64,000 bases of DNA from a virus, in IMG/VR virus record IMGVR_UViG_3300028549_001461, positions 97,222-161,221 of that record; one strand, given 5' to 3'. A model generated the notes under the pieces. The model did no database searches, was not told where the DNA came from, and saw nothing but the letters and a program-made list of their open reading frames with translations. Shown here piece after piece: positions 1-9,400 of the stretch. Both the position numbers and the translations under genes were made by a program. How positions within the stretch are numbered: position 1 is the first letter of the stretch; each line of letters opens with the position of its first letter.

Positions 1-19
1 AAAATAATGAGGTAAAATA

Positions 20-199
20 ATGGATAGAACATCGAAGACAGTTTTAACAGAAATGCAGGAACTTTTTAATGCTATGATGGAAGATGGAGAGAAGTGGATT
101 GAAAAAGATAATAACTCCGCTGCGGCACGAGTTAGAAAATCTACATTGGCTCTTGAAAAACTTGGAAAAGAGTTTAGAAAGCTATCAGTTAAAGAGTAA
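20..199 (+). CDS. Histone H1-like (Hc1-type) small basic protein, 59 aa, not in ORF track
   Basis: GAGG RBS; MDRTSKTVLTEMQELFNAMMEDGEKWIEKDNNSAAARVRKSTLALEKLGKEFRKLSVKE resembles the NxAAxxRxRKxxLxLxKxxKEFRK pattern of bacterial histone-H1-like proteins. Confidence 0.65.
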   Translation: MDRTSKTVLTEMQELFNAMMEDGEKWIEKDNNSAAARVRKSTLALEKLGKEFRKLSVKE

Positions 200-211
200 T
201 TGTTTATTTGA

Positions 212-240
212 GACGGGTAAGTTTAGAAGCTTACCCGTTT
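212..240 (+). terminator. Hairpin, probable intrinsic terminator
   Basis: ACGGGTAAG...CTTACCCGT inverted repeat followed by TTT. Confidence 0.55.
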
Positions 241-255
241 AATTAGGAGGAAAGT

Positions 256-405
256 ATGTCTAAAGAAAAGGCTAAGAAGAATAAAAAAGTTGATTTATCT
301 GGGTATAACTTTGAAATTTTGTGCCCGCCTAAAATAGACCCTACTTTAGAAAGAATGCGTTTAGTAAAATACTATAATAGTAAACACTGTTGGCTAACAA
401 GATAA
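256..405 (+). CDS. Hypothetical protein, 49 aa
   Basis: AGGAGG RBS, open frame ATG256-TAA405. Confidence 0.5.
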   Translation: MSKEKAKKNKKVDLSGYNFEILCPPKIDPTLERMRLVKYYNSKHCWLTR

Positions 406-420
406 AGGAAAAGAATTATC

Positions 421-1260
421 ATGGCAAAACCATTATTGAAATGGATAGGTGGTAAAAATAAATTACTTAAAAATTTATCTTTATATGTTCCAACTGGTTA
501 CAGTAATTATATAGAGCCTTTTGTAGGTGGAGGTGCTCTATTATTCTACTTAAATCCTTCAATAGGAACTATAAACGACTCTAATAGAGAATTGATTAAT
601 TTTTATACACAGGTTAGAGATAACCCAATAGAATTATTGGAGTTAACTAAGCTATATAAACTATCAGAAGAATCATATTATTTGATTAGAGATGATGACA
701 AGGAAATGGATTGGAGAGACTACAAATCATGTTTACAAAGAGCAGCAAGATTTTTATTTTTAAATAAAACTGCTTTTAATGGAATTTGGCGGGTTAATGG
801 TAAAGGTCGTATGAACACACCATACGGAAAATATGACAAAGTTTTATGGCCTGACAAGGGTCATATGTTAAACGTATCAAGAATTTTGAAAAAGATTACT
901 ATTTTAAATGGTGATTTTTATAACACTGAACTATATATTAATAATAAAACTTTTGTTTATTTAGATCCACCATATATACCTTATTCAGATACAGCTAATT
1001 TTACAAACTACTCTTCAAAAGGTTTTGGAATACAAGATCATATTAGACTTGTAGATTACTGTAATTTTGTAAATGCTTGTGGAGCTAAATTCTTATTATC
1101 AAATTCAGACACACCCTTAACAAGAGAGTTGTTTAAGAGTTTTGAGATAAATTCTGTAGATGTGTATCATAGTGTAGGGGCTTCTGCTAAATCCAGAAAG
1201 GACAAAGGAGAGGTTATAATAAGGAATTACGAGGGAAGTTGTACAGGACTTTTTTTATAA
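421..1260 (+). CDS. dam: Dam-family DNA adenine methyltransferase
   Basis: KWIGGK, EPFVGGGA, FNGIWRVN and DPPY motifs. Confidence 0.93.
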   Translation: MAKPLLKWIGGKNKLLKNLSLYVPTGYSNYIEPFVGGGALLFYLNPSIGTINDSNRELINFYTQVRDNPIELLELTKLYKLSEESYYLIRDDDKEMDWRDYKSCLQRAARFLFLNKTAFNGIWRVNGKGRMNTPYGKYDKVLWPDKGHMLNVSRILKKITILNGDFYNTELYINNKTFVYLDPPYIPYSDTANFTNYSSKGFGIQDHIRLVDYCNFVNACGAKFLLSNSDTPLTRELFKSFEINSVDVYHSVGASAKSRKDKGEVIIRNYEGSCTGLFL

Positions 1261-1276
1261 AAAGGAGAATTTAATT

Positions 1277-2026
1277 ATGAGTAAATTTCAGTCGGCGTGG
1301 TCTGGCGTGTTTAAAGAGCTAGATGTTGTAAATCATGTAAATGCTTATGGTTTTTTAGATGTTACTTCTGATAAGCTAAAAGAGATTACTGGAGAAGAGT
1401 CAAGATTATTGGCTAAAATGGATAATAGAAAGAAACAACCAGCAGTTATGCGAGAAAATAATATATCTTTACTTGCAGTTAAAAATGGTAGATATAGGTT
1501 TACTAAAGAAAACCCATTTATTGCTATACCAGACATTTCAAATATGCGTGTTTATCCTATTAAGAAAATGGAAGGTTTGCTGACTTTAGATAAGTTTAGT
1601 AAAGATACTAAAACTGAAACTATGGCTTTAGACTTAGCACATTACAATAGTATATTAGACGATTGTTTTGGTGAAAAAGTGTCTTTAACACTTCGTAATA
1701 AGCGTAGAGCTTCTTTTAAATTTAAATTGGGAAGAACTGATTTTGATGTAGATAAAGTACAAATAGAAGTTGATGGTTGTTATGAAGGTGCTAAAGGAAT
1801 ACATATTGTAGAAGCTAAAAATTCGGATGAAAAAGATGCTACAATTCGTCAACTACTTTATGCTAAAAAGATGATTACTGAAGTAATTAGAGGGGAGAAA
1901 CCTGTTTATGCTTGGCTAATGGTGTATGATAGAAAAACAGGTGTATATAATTTTCATAAATTTTTAGAAGGTAGTAATAGATACTACTTTGATGTTGCAC
2001 AGAGCAAGAGATATGTTTTAAAATAA
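1277..2026 (+). CDS. Putative type II restriction endonuclease-like protein (PD-(D/E)xK)
   Basis: ESRLLAKMD N-terminal motif and QIEVDGCYEG...VEAKN catalytic-like motif; directly downstream of dam. Confidence 0.6.
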   Translation: MSKFQSAWSGVFKELDVVNHVNAYGFLDVTSDKLKEITGEESRLLAKMDNRKKQPAVMRENNISLLAVKNGRYRFTKENPFIAIPDISNMRVYPIKKMEGLLTLDKFSKDTKTETMALDLAHYNSILDDCFGEKVSLTLRNKRRASFKFKLGRTDFDVDKVQIEVDGCYEGAKGIHIVEAKNSDEKDATIRQLLYAKKMITEVIRGEKPVYAWLMVYDRKTGVYNFHKFLEGSNRYYFDVAQSKRYVLK

Positions 2027-2049
2027 GTCTATTTACAGGGGGTATTAAA

Positions 2050-2472
2050 ATGCTTTTACACGAGAAACTAAAAGAGGATTTAAAAGTAGCTATGAAAAAT
2101 AAAGCTACTTCTGCTAATGACCTGAAATATATTTTAGGTGAGTTCTCCAGATTAAAGGGTACTAAGGATGGTAAGGAATATATAGGTAGTGTTTTAACGG
2201 ATAAACAAGTTATTAGAATTTTTAAACTTATAATAGCCGGAGAAAATAAGCTTAAAGAACTTGTACCTAGTTCAGTTAGTACATTAATCCCCCTGATTGA
2301 TAATTATCTACCAAAGCAGATTTCAAGAGAAGACTTATTGTGTTTTATAGCCACTATAAATTTTTCAGAACTTGCAAACAAAATGCAAGCAGTAAAAATA
2401 ATTAAAGCTCATTTTGGAGACTCAGTTGATGGTAAGGTAGTTTCAGATATTATACAAGGATTAGATTTATGA
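2050..2472 (+). CDS. GatB/YqeY domain protein
   Basis: LKEDLKVAMK start, YLPKQ and DGKVVS motifs. Confidence 0.8.
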   Translation: MLLHEKLKEDLKVAMKNKATSANDLKYILGEFSRLKGTKDGKEYIGSVLTDKQVIRIFKLIIAGENKLKELVPSSVSTLIPLIDNYLPKQISREDLLCFIATINFSELANKMQAVKIIKAHFGDSVDGKVVSDIIQGLDL

Positions 2473-3503
2473 TTAAATTGATAAAAGGTAAAATAAACAT
2501 ACTTATTGATGGACAATTTGGTTCTACTGGTAAGGGTTTATTTGCAGAGTACTTATCTGATTTGGACATACAGATTGCCATTACTAACGCTGGCCCTAAT
2601 TCTGGTCATACCTTCTCTTTTAAAGGTGCCAAACAGGTAACAAAACAGTTACCTGTTACTGGCATACTTAATACAGATAGTATAATTTACATAACTCATG
2701 GATCCATAATTGAGCCATCAACCTTTTTTAAGGAACTTGAGTTATTTAATATAGCTGCCGAAAGAGTAATTATAGATCCAAGAGCTACTGTTGTTCATGA
2801 TAAAGATATATTCGCAGAGGAAGCAAGCAACTCTTCTTTTACTAATATATCTTCTACCCAGAGTGGTGCTGGTAATGCTTTATCCAGAAAAATTCGTAGA
2901 GAAGGAAACATAGCTGGTAATTACAACGCTTTTTCTGTATTTACGAAACCCTTTAATTTGGAACATAATCTGAATTCAGGTAAACTAGCTTTGATGGAAG
3001 TTCCACAAGGTTTAGGCTTATCTTTAAATTCTAAATTTTATCCCTACTGTACAAGCAGAGATATTACAATAGCAAACTCTCTAAATGATTGTGGTGTGCA
3101 CCCATATTATCTTGGTAAGGTCTTAGTATGTCTACGTACTTTTCCTATACGAGTTGGTAATCTAATTTCCAATTGTTCTGAAAATTCTTACAAAGACACA
3201 GGCACCACATGTGCAACTATTAATTATTCTGGGGATTTTTATAGAGACAGTGTGGAAACCACATGGGATGCCATAGGAGTTCCTAAAGAATATACTACTA
3301 ATACTAAACGTGTAAGAAGAGTGGCTACTTTTTCATATGAGCAATATAAAGATATGCTAGTTAAATTAAGGCCTGATTATGTATTTTTAAATTTTTGTAA
3401 TTACCTAAGTGAGGAAGAGTTATCTAGGTTATTAGACAATTTACCACTAGTAACCCACCTTGGTTTTGGAGATACTGTGGATAAAATTGTTTCAATAAAT
3501 TGA
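2469..3503 (+). CDS. purZ: PurZ-type adenylosuccinate synthetase homologue
   Basis: GQFGSTGKG (Ser where PurA has Asp in GDEGKG), FYPYCTSRD, RTFPIRVG, TTxTKRVRR, FLNFCNYL. Confidence 0.8.
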   Translation: MIKLIKGKINILIDGQFGSTGKGLFAEYLSDLDIQIAITNAGPNSGHTFSFKGAKQVTKQLPVTGILNTDSIIYITHGSIIEPSTFFKELELFNIAAERVIIDPRATVVHDKDIFAEEASNSSFTNISSTQSGAGNALSRKIRREGNIAGNYNAFSVFTKPFNLEHNLNSGKLALMEVPQGLGLSLNSKFYPYCTSRDITIANSLNDCGVHPYYLGKVLVCLRTFPIRVGNLISNCSENSYKDTGTTCATINYSGDFYRDSVETTWDAIGVPKEYTTNTKRVRRVATFSYEQYKDMLVKLRPDYVFLNFCNYLSEEELSRLLDNLPLVTHLGFGDTVDKIVSIN

Positions 3504-3545
3504 AAAAATTTAATATAATTATATATTTATAGTTATAAGCGAGGG

Positions 3546-4502
3546 TTGAATATGGAAGTATATAGAACAATAAATGGTCATGTAGCCAAGTATGTCCATG
3601 ATGACGGCTCAGAAACAGCTATAAAAACTATACCACCTGGAGAAGTTGGTTGTGGTGGTTATGGTAGTATAGGTAATAAGTACAATATTTTTATAAGTAC
3701 TTCTGTTGGATGCCCTGTATCATGTAAGTTTTGTTATTTGACAGTTAAAAAGTGCCCCTATCATAAATTAACTGCACGAGATGTAGTTTTAAATGTTTTA
3801 GACGCTTTAACTGCTGAGTTAAAAGAAAGACCAGAACTTAGATACATGTACACTAAAATTTCTTGGATGGGTATGGGAGATGGTTTTTTCGACACTTCAT
3901 TAGTCTTTGAAGCTACCGAAGACCTTATGGAGTACATACAAAGTTTTGAAATGTCTTTAGGTATAGATGGTGTAGATATAGCAACAACTTTACCAAAAAT
4001 ACCTGATGGTCCAGTTGATTACATAAAAAAGATATCCGAAAGTGTTTGGGAAACTTATTTAAATCCAAAACGGGAGTATAAGAGAGGTAGCAGCCAACAA
4101 CCTTTTAGGGTTTTTTATTCTTTACAAAGCGCAAATGAATTGACAAGAAAAAGTCTAATACCTAATAGTGTAAATATTTCAGATGCTATTGATTATTTAA
4201 AAAATTTAAATAACAACAACATACCTATTATATTTCATTATATGTTTTTTGAAGGTAAAAATGACTCTGAGGAAGAAGTTACAGCTCTTCTTAAACTTTT
4301 GAATAACTTTAATAATTCTGAACTTCGTTTACTACGTTTTAATAAATGCCCAGGCACTGATTTTTCAGAGTCACCAAAATTTAACGAACTGGTAGATACG
4401 ATATATACCAAGCATAAAAATTTAAAAGTACAAATTTCCCCAGGGTCCGAGATCCAGGCAGCTTGCGGTATGTTTTTATTATCTAAGATTTTAACTAAGT
4501 GA
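3546..4502 (+). CDS. RlmN/Cfr-like radical SAM protein (intact)
   Basis: DGSET, ISTSVGCPVSCKFC, MGMGD, C-terminal EIQAACG. Confidence 0.8.
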   Translation: MNMEVYRTINGHVAKYVHDDGSETAIKTIPPGEVGCGGYGSIGNKYNIFISTSVGCPVSCKFCYLTVKKCPYHKLTARDVVLNVLDALTAELKERPELRYMYTKISWMGMGDGFFDTSLVFEATEDLMEYIQSFEMSLGIDGVDIATTLPKIPDGPVDYIKKISESVWETYLNPKREYKRGSSQQPFRVFYSLQSANELTRKSLIPNSVNISDAIDYLKNLNNNNIPIIFHYMFFEGKNDSEEEVTALLKLLNNFNNSELRLLRFNKCPGTDFSESPKFNELVDTIYTKHKNLKVQISPGSEIQAACGMFLLSKILTK

Positions 4503-4510
4503 GGTTACTT

Positions 4511-4906
4511 ATGGATGCACAGAAGGCTAAAGCTCTTACTAAAAGTACCTTAGATACCAGACGTAAAAAAGAGTTATCTGAAAAAAAAGCTAAGGCTGCC
4601 GCTAGAGAAAAGAGACAACAGCGAGAAGCCATTGAGGTTACAGAGTATATCAAGAAGCATTTAGATGTTGACGTAACTTCTGCTGCTAAAAAAGGTAAAT
4701 CTGATATTTGGTATCATAAGGATGATTTTAAAAACTACTTAGATGAGTATACTTTGCATAGTCAATATATACAGCCTTTAACAAAGTACTTAAAAGATAA
4801 AGGCTTTAAAGTAGAATATTTTTCTGATGACTCAAAATCAGAAACATCTGACATTGACTATCAAGGTTATATTGAAGTTACCAGAAGTATCCACATTTCT
4901 TGGTAG
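4511..4906 (+). CDS. Hypothetical protein
   Basis: ORF track; ATG at 4511 after GAGG; ends TAG TAA. Confidence 0.6.
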   Translation: MDAQKAKALTKSTLDTRRKKELSEKKAKAAAREKRQQREAIEVTEYIKKHLDVDVTSAAKKGKSDIWYHKDDFKNYLDEYTLHSQYIQPLTKYLKDKGFKVEYFSDDSKSETSDIDYQGYIEVTRSIHISW

Positions 4907-4934
4907 TAACTTTACTTTAAAAGGTACTTAATAA

Positions 4935-5177
4935 ATGTTGAAAGATTACTGTGATTGTGGTAAAATAGCCACATGGTTATATATGCCAAGTTATTCAGGA
5001 CCACAGCATAATGACTTTTATTGTGATGAATGTGTCCCTAGGGGATGTAGCTGTAATTTAGAATGTAAAGATGGAAACTGTGACAACCAAGCACCAGATA
5101 ATTGGTACCAACCCATTGATGAACAAGGAAGAAAATATCCTTGTTGTGAATATTTTTATATAGGAGAATTAACATGA
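4935..5177 (+). CDS. Cys-rich hypothetical protein
   Basis: CDCG, YCDECVPRGCSC, YPCCEY. Confidence 0.6.
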   Translation: MLKDYCDCGKIATWLYMPSYSGPQHNDFYCDECVPRGCSCNLECKDGNCDNQAPDNWYQPIDEQGRKYPCCEYFYIGELT

Positions 5178-5464
5178 AAGTAAGATGTAAATTTTGTTGT
5201 AATACGGATGGCACTACTTGTAATTTAAAAGGTTTTAAAGTAGGTCAAAATAAATCAAGAATTTGTGATGACTTTTTGTTGGATCAAACAACTATCAAAC
5301 AGCCTTCCAAAATGGAAGCCACCTATACTCCGTATCATCTACGAAGTAAAAAAGCGTATAAAGCACACTTAAAAGAAGAGCAACAAAATAGGGTTACTAC
5401 CAGTCCTACATTAACTATACCTGATTGCCTATCTAAATACCGTGCTACTGTACCGCAAGATTAA
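5174..5464 (+). CDS. Hypothetical protein
   Basis: ORF track, overlapping start/stop with upstream gene. Confidence 0.55.
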   Translation: MKVRCKFCCNTDGTTCNLKGFKVGQNKSRICDDFLLDQTTIKQPSKMEATYTPYHLRSKKAYKAHLKEEQQNRVTTSPTLTIPDCLSKYRATVPQD

Positions 5465-5539
5465 TTTATTTTTTATCTAACTATACTAATATATGATGTA
5501 CTAAATAAAAAATTAATACTAACTTTAGGAGATATTATT

Positions 5540-5935
5540 ATGAATCAAAAATCAAAAGATGCATTTGATATGCTTTTAGGCTATTTCAAAGAGTTTGAAA
5601 AGGAAGGCACTAAATGGTGTACAAGTCTTGACATTGGCGGCGCAGCAAGAGCTAGAGGCTACGCAAAAAAAATAGTTAATGACATGCGTGTATTTGTTGA
5701 TGCTACAATCACAGAAGCAGGTAAGATACCAAGTGTGCCAGTAGAAGTACCGAAAGAAGAGCCGGTTGTGGTAGCTGAACCAGTAGTCGCGCCTAAAATT
5801 GAGCAGCCAGTGGTAGCTCCTAAAGTTACCCCTGTTGTAGAAGTTAAAGCCGCTGTTGAAGAAGTTAAAGTAGTTGAAGATAAATCTGATAAATTACCAG
5901 GTTTTTCTTCTCCTAAAAATTCAATAAAGAAATAA
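5540..5935 (+). CDS. Histone-H1-like N-terminal helix plus Pro/Val/Glu low-complexity tail
   Basis: EGTKW...GAARAR resembles ORF 20..199; PVVA repeats; AGGAGA RBS. Confidence 0.55.
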   Translation: MNQKSKDAFDMLLGYFKEFEKEGTKWCTSLDIGGAARARGYAKKIVNDMRVFVDATITEAGKIPSVPVEVPKEEPVVVAEPVVAPKIEQPVVAPKVTPVVEVKAAVEEVKVVEDKSDKLPGFSSPKNSIKK

Positions 5936-5938
5936 GCA

Positions 5939-6166
5939 ATGGCTATTAAATCTAATATTATTTTAGAAGAGCAATTGGACAATACTGAAAGAATTTTTGG
6001 TAGTGGTGTTTCATACTATCCAGTCTATGTAACAAAAGTTAACGGTGAAGAAGTTCCAGCATTATTTACTGAAGACCAGATTAACATAGCTATTAGAAGG
6101 GCCGAAAGAAATTTAGAAGATATGCCTAAAAGAAATTCTTCTTTACTAGGCTGGTTTTTTAATTAA
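5939..6166 (+). CDS. Hypothetical protein
   Basis: ORF track. Confidence 0.55.
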   Translation: MAIKSNIILEEQLDNTERIFGSGVSYYPVYVTKVNGEEVPALFTEDQINIAIRRAERNLEDMPKRNSSLLGWFFN

Positions 6167-6486
6167 AAGACAACATTAATATCTTTTATCTCTTCCAAAG
6201 TATTAGTAAGTTGTATAAAGTTCTCTAATATAGCCTGACCGTTTTTATTATTAACAATGGTCAGGCTATGTTTGTCTGTTACGTAAAATCTACCGTTATT
6301 TAAAGAAGCATCAGGGTCACACCATATAGCTGTGTGATAGTTGCTTAGACTGCGTAGTATAGGAAACGTAAATACAAAATCTCCAAAATTAAAGTCATAT
6401 ATTATATCCCCCGTATCTAGATCTTCCGCTGTAAATGTTAGGTTAATCTGTAGAGGTAGCTGGCTAAAATTAAAGTCTGTACTCAT
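6163..6486 (-). CDS. Hypothetical protein, last gene of virion operon
   Basis: ORF abutting 6488..10549. Confidence 0.6.
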   Translation of the reverse strand: MSTDFNFSQLPLQINLTFTAEDLDTGDIIYDFNFGDFVFTFPILRSLSNYHTAIWCDPDASLNNGRFYVTDKHSLTIVNNKNGQAILENFIQLTNTLEEIKDINVVF

Positions 6487-6487
6487 A

Positions 6488-9400
6488 TTATTTCCCGTTA
6501 TGCAAAAAGTTATCTCTAATTAAAGGGCTATAAGTAGTGCCATATTCATCATCAAAAGCTACTATAAAATGTTCATCGTTGGTATAAGAGGCTAATAAGT
6601 AATACCCAGTATAAGGATCTGACATAGTGGTATCAATTAAATTTCCGGTAGCTTTATTATATAACGACACTTTTCTGGTTACAGGTTGAGATAATTCTTT
6701 AATATAGCCATGAAAAAAGTATTCTTCAGGTATAGGTTCTGTATAGGTTTCGTTAGGGTAATATAATAACAGATTATCAAAATTGCTATAATATGTAGTT
6801 TTAATCCAACTATCCGATCTGGCTATATCAGATATACGTATTTCATCTATTGTGCCGTCAAAAAATCTAGTAGAATCATTATTAGTACTTACAGCTATTT
6901 GTATTGAATTAGTTGTATTATTCATAATAAACGCCCCTGTACTGGCTATATCAGGTGTATTATCATTGACATACATTTTTATTTCTGCTTTATCTAAAAC
7001 ACCTACTACATAAGAAAAAGTATTTATAGTTAGTGGGTTACTATTGTTAGCTGATAAATTATCAATTGTACCTGTTCCCATAGCCCCCATATTAATTGCA
7101 GTTAGGTTATACTCTATTGTTGAAGCCGCTGTACTTGTACCTGCAGTATTACGTTTTGCTATGATAGTATCAGCAATACCAAGTGTTTCTGGGTATACTA
7201 TAGCTTCTAATGTTAATTCATTAGAATAGAATTTATCTCCCACATCAATAAAGTCATTGACATTATCAAAATTTATTCCTTTGCCTATTAAACTACTAAC
7301 TGACGCGGAACTTGTTATAGACCCATAAGGGGTACCATTGTTACTATTACTTGTGCTATCTAAAATACAGGCTCCTCCTATTGACGGATCTTGACTCATA
7401 TGATAAACTACTTTGTAATTTTTATCCCAAACTTGTCTACCTTCAAAACTTCCCATACTTCCTATGTATCTTGTGTTATCGTTTTTAATTGGGTCAAAAT
7501 ATAAGTATAGTTTTGTGTTTTCCCCAGATATAATATTAGATATCTTAGTCCATAGTTGTATAGATTTATTTTCATGATCCCAGTTTTCAATTTCTACTGG
7601 TAGCTGTGTTTCCCCATCTTCGGAGGTTATAGCTATTTTTTTTCTAAATGGATGATAGTTATTTGGCCATATAAGTGTACCAGAGTTTATAACAAAATTA
7701 TCCATAGTAACTTCAAGTGTCATATTTACAGTAGTCATGCTTCTTAAGGCCACATTTACATTGTAATTAAGCCAAGATCCTGACCATAATGTAACCCAAA
7801 CGGTTGTAAAATACTGCGCTGTTACTGTGACACCTACTCTTATAAGTCTAAATTTAGTGTTAGTTATACTTGAAGTAATCATACCTTCTCCAGTCCCAGC
7901 ACTATTTATTACTTTCCACACAAAAAACTGTTCACCACTAAGGTATTTACGTGTTATAGTAAGATGGTTGCTGTCACTTTTGTACCAAAGCAATAGTTCT
8001 ACTACCCAAGAGTTACTGTTAGTTTTTGTTACTATATTAACATCTACTTGTATATCGAAGTCACCTTTTAAGTGAAAATTGGATTTGCATTGTTGATAAT
8101 CTGTAGAATTACTAATAATAAAATTGACTTTACCGTTTAATAAAAATGGTTTTTGTAGGGTACCATAAGTATTCCACAATATCGAATCAGGATAAGCATA
8201 GTCAGTTCCCGTAAAATAATCATATGTTGGTACAGCATACGCTAAAGTATCAAAAAAAGTCGTTAAATCATAATTATTTATTCCAGAAGAATCTGTTAAA
8301 TTTAGTAATACTGGAAAATCATTTAAAGGTGCTTCTATTTTTGTGTAGTCAACTTCTATAGGTATACGATTTGACCAAGGAGACAATTCACCATTTTCAT
8401 AGGTTTTTAACCATTTAACTTCTTTTTCAATATCGTAAATAAGGAGTTCATCTAAATTGGATTTACTAGTTACTTTTAACCATGCCTCTGACCTAAATGT
8501 TTTAGACACACGCACTTCACGTATTAAACCACTAAATAGATCTGAAATTACCCCTACGCCATCATATTCTTGTCCTACAGAGATTAAGTCTGTGCTACTT
8601 ACCCTATTTGTAATAGAGGCGGTACTTAAAAAAGATGGTTCAGTGTTTGGTGATATGTCTTCTCCATTAACACGCATAAAAATAGAGTTAGTCAGACTGT
8701 TTAGACTTAAACTAAAAGATCTCATAGTGTTGCTGTCATGTGTACCAGTATAGTAATAATTTGTTGTTGGGTCACTATATCCAAAAGTTAACTTATTTCC
8801 AGTGCTACTTGGGTTTTGTACAGATGTAAGGAAAGTATTATTACCTGTAGAAGAAGCATTGCCACAAATAAGGGCGTAGGATTGGCCACTTGCGGTTGTA
8901 TCAGCTCTATACATTACTTCCCAAGTAAAACTACCCGTAGTATAAGAGGCAACACTATTTATTTCAAGCCAACCACTTCTTGCTAAGCTTACAAAATTTC
9001 CTATGTTAGTCGTATCAATATCTGCGTTTCCATGAAAAGTTCCGTTTAACTTAAATAATGTACTGTTTTTAACTATTGAGTTTTCTGCGGGCCTTTGCGC
9101 CATATGATAAACACCAACGAAATCACTATCCCAAACATTTCCTGCAGCTAAACTACCTGTAGCACCTGTAAGTTCAAAATTATCTACTATATTTTTGTTG
9201 TAATGTATATACATACGTGTATCTGCTATACTTGATATCTCTGGAACACGTACCCAAATCTGCGCAGAACGTTTTAGTGGATCCCAATTTTCAACTTCGG
9301 CGCAATAACGAATTGTTTGAGTAAAGTCAGTTATAGCTATTTTACTATAATCCGATGCTAAAGATAATTCATCAAAAATTTTAGATATATCAACTTTATT

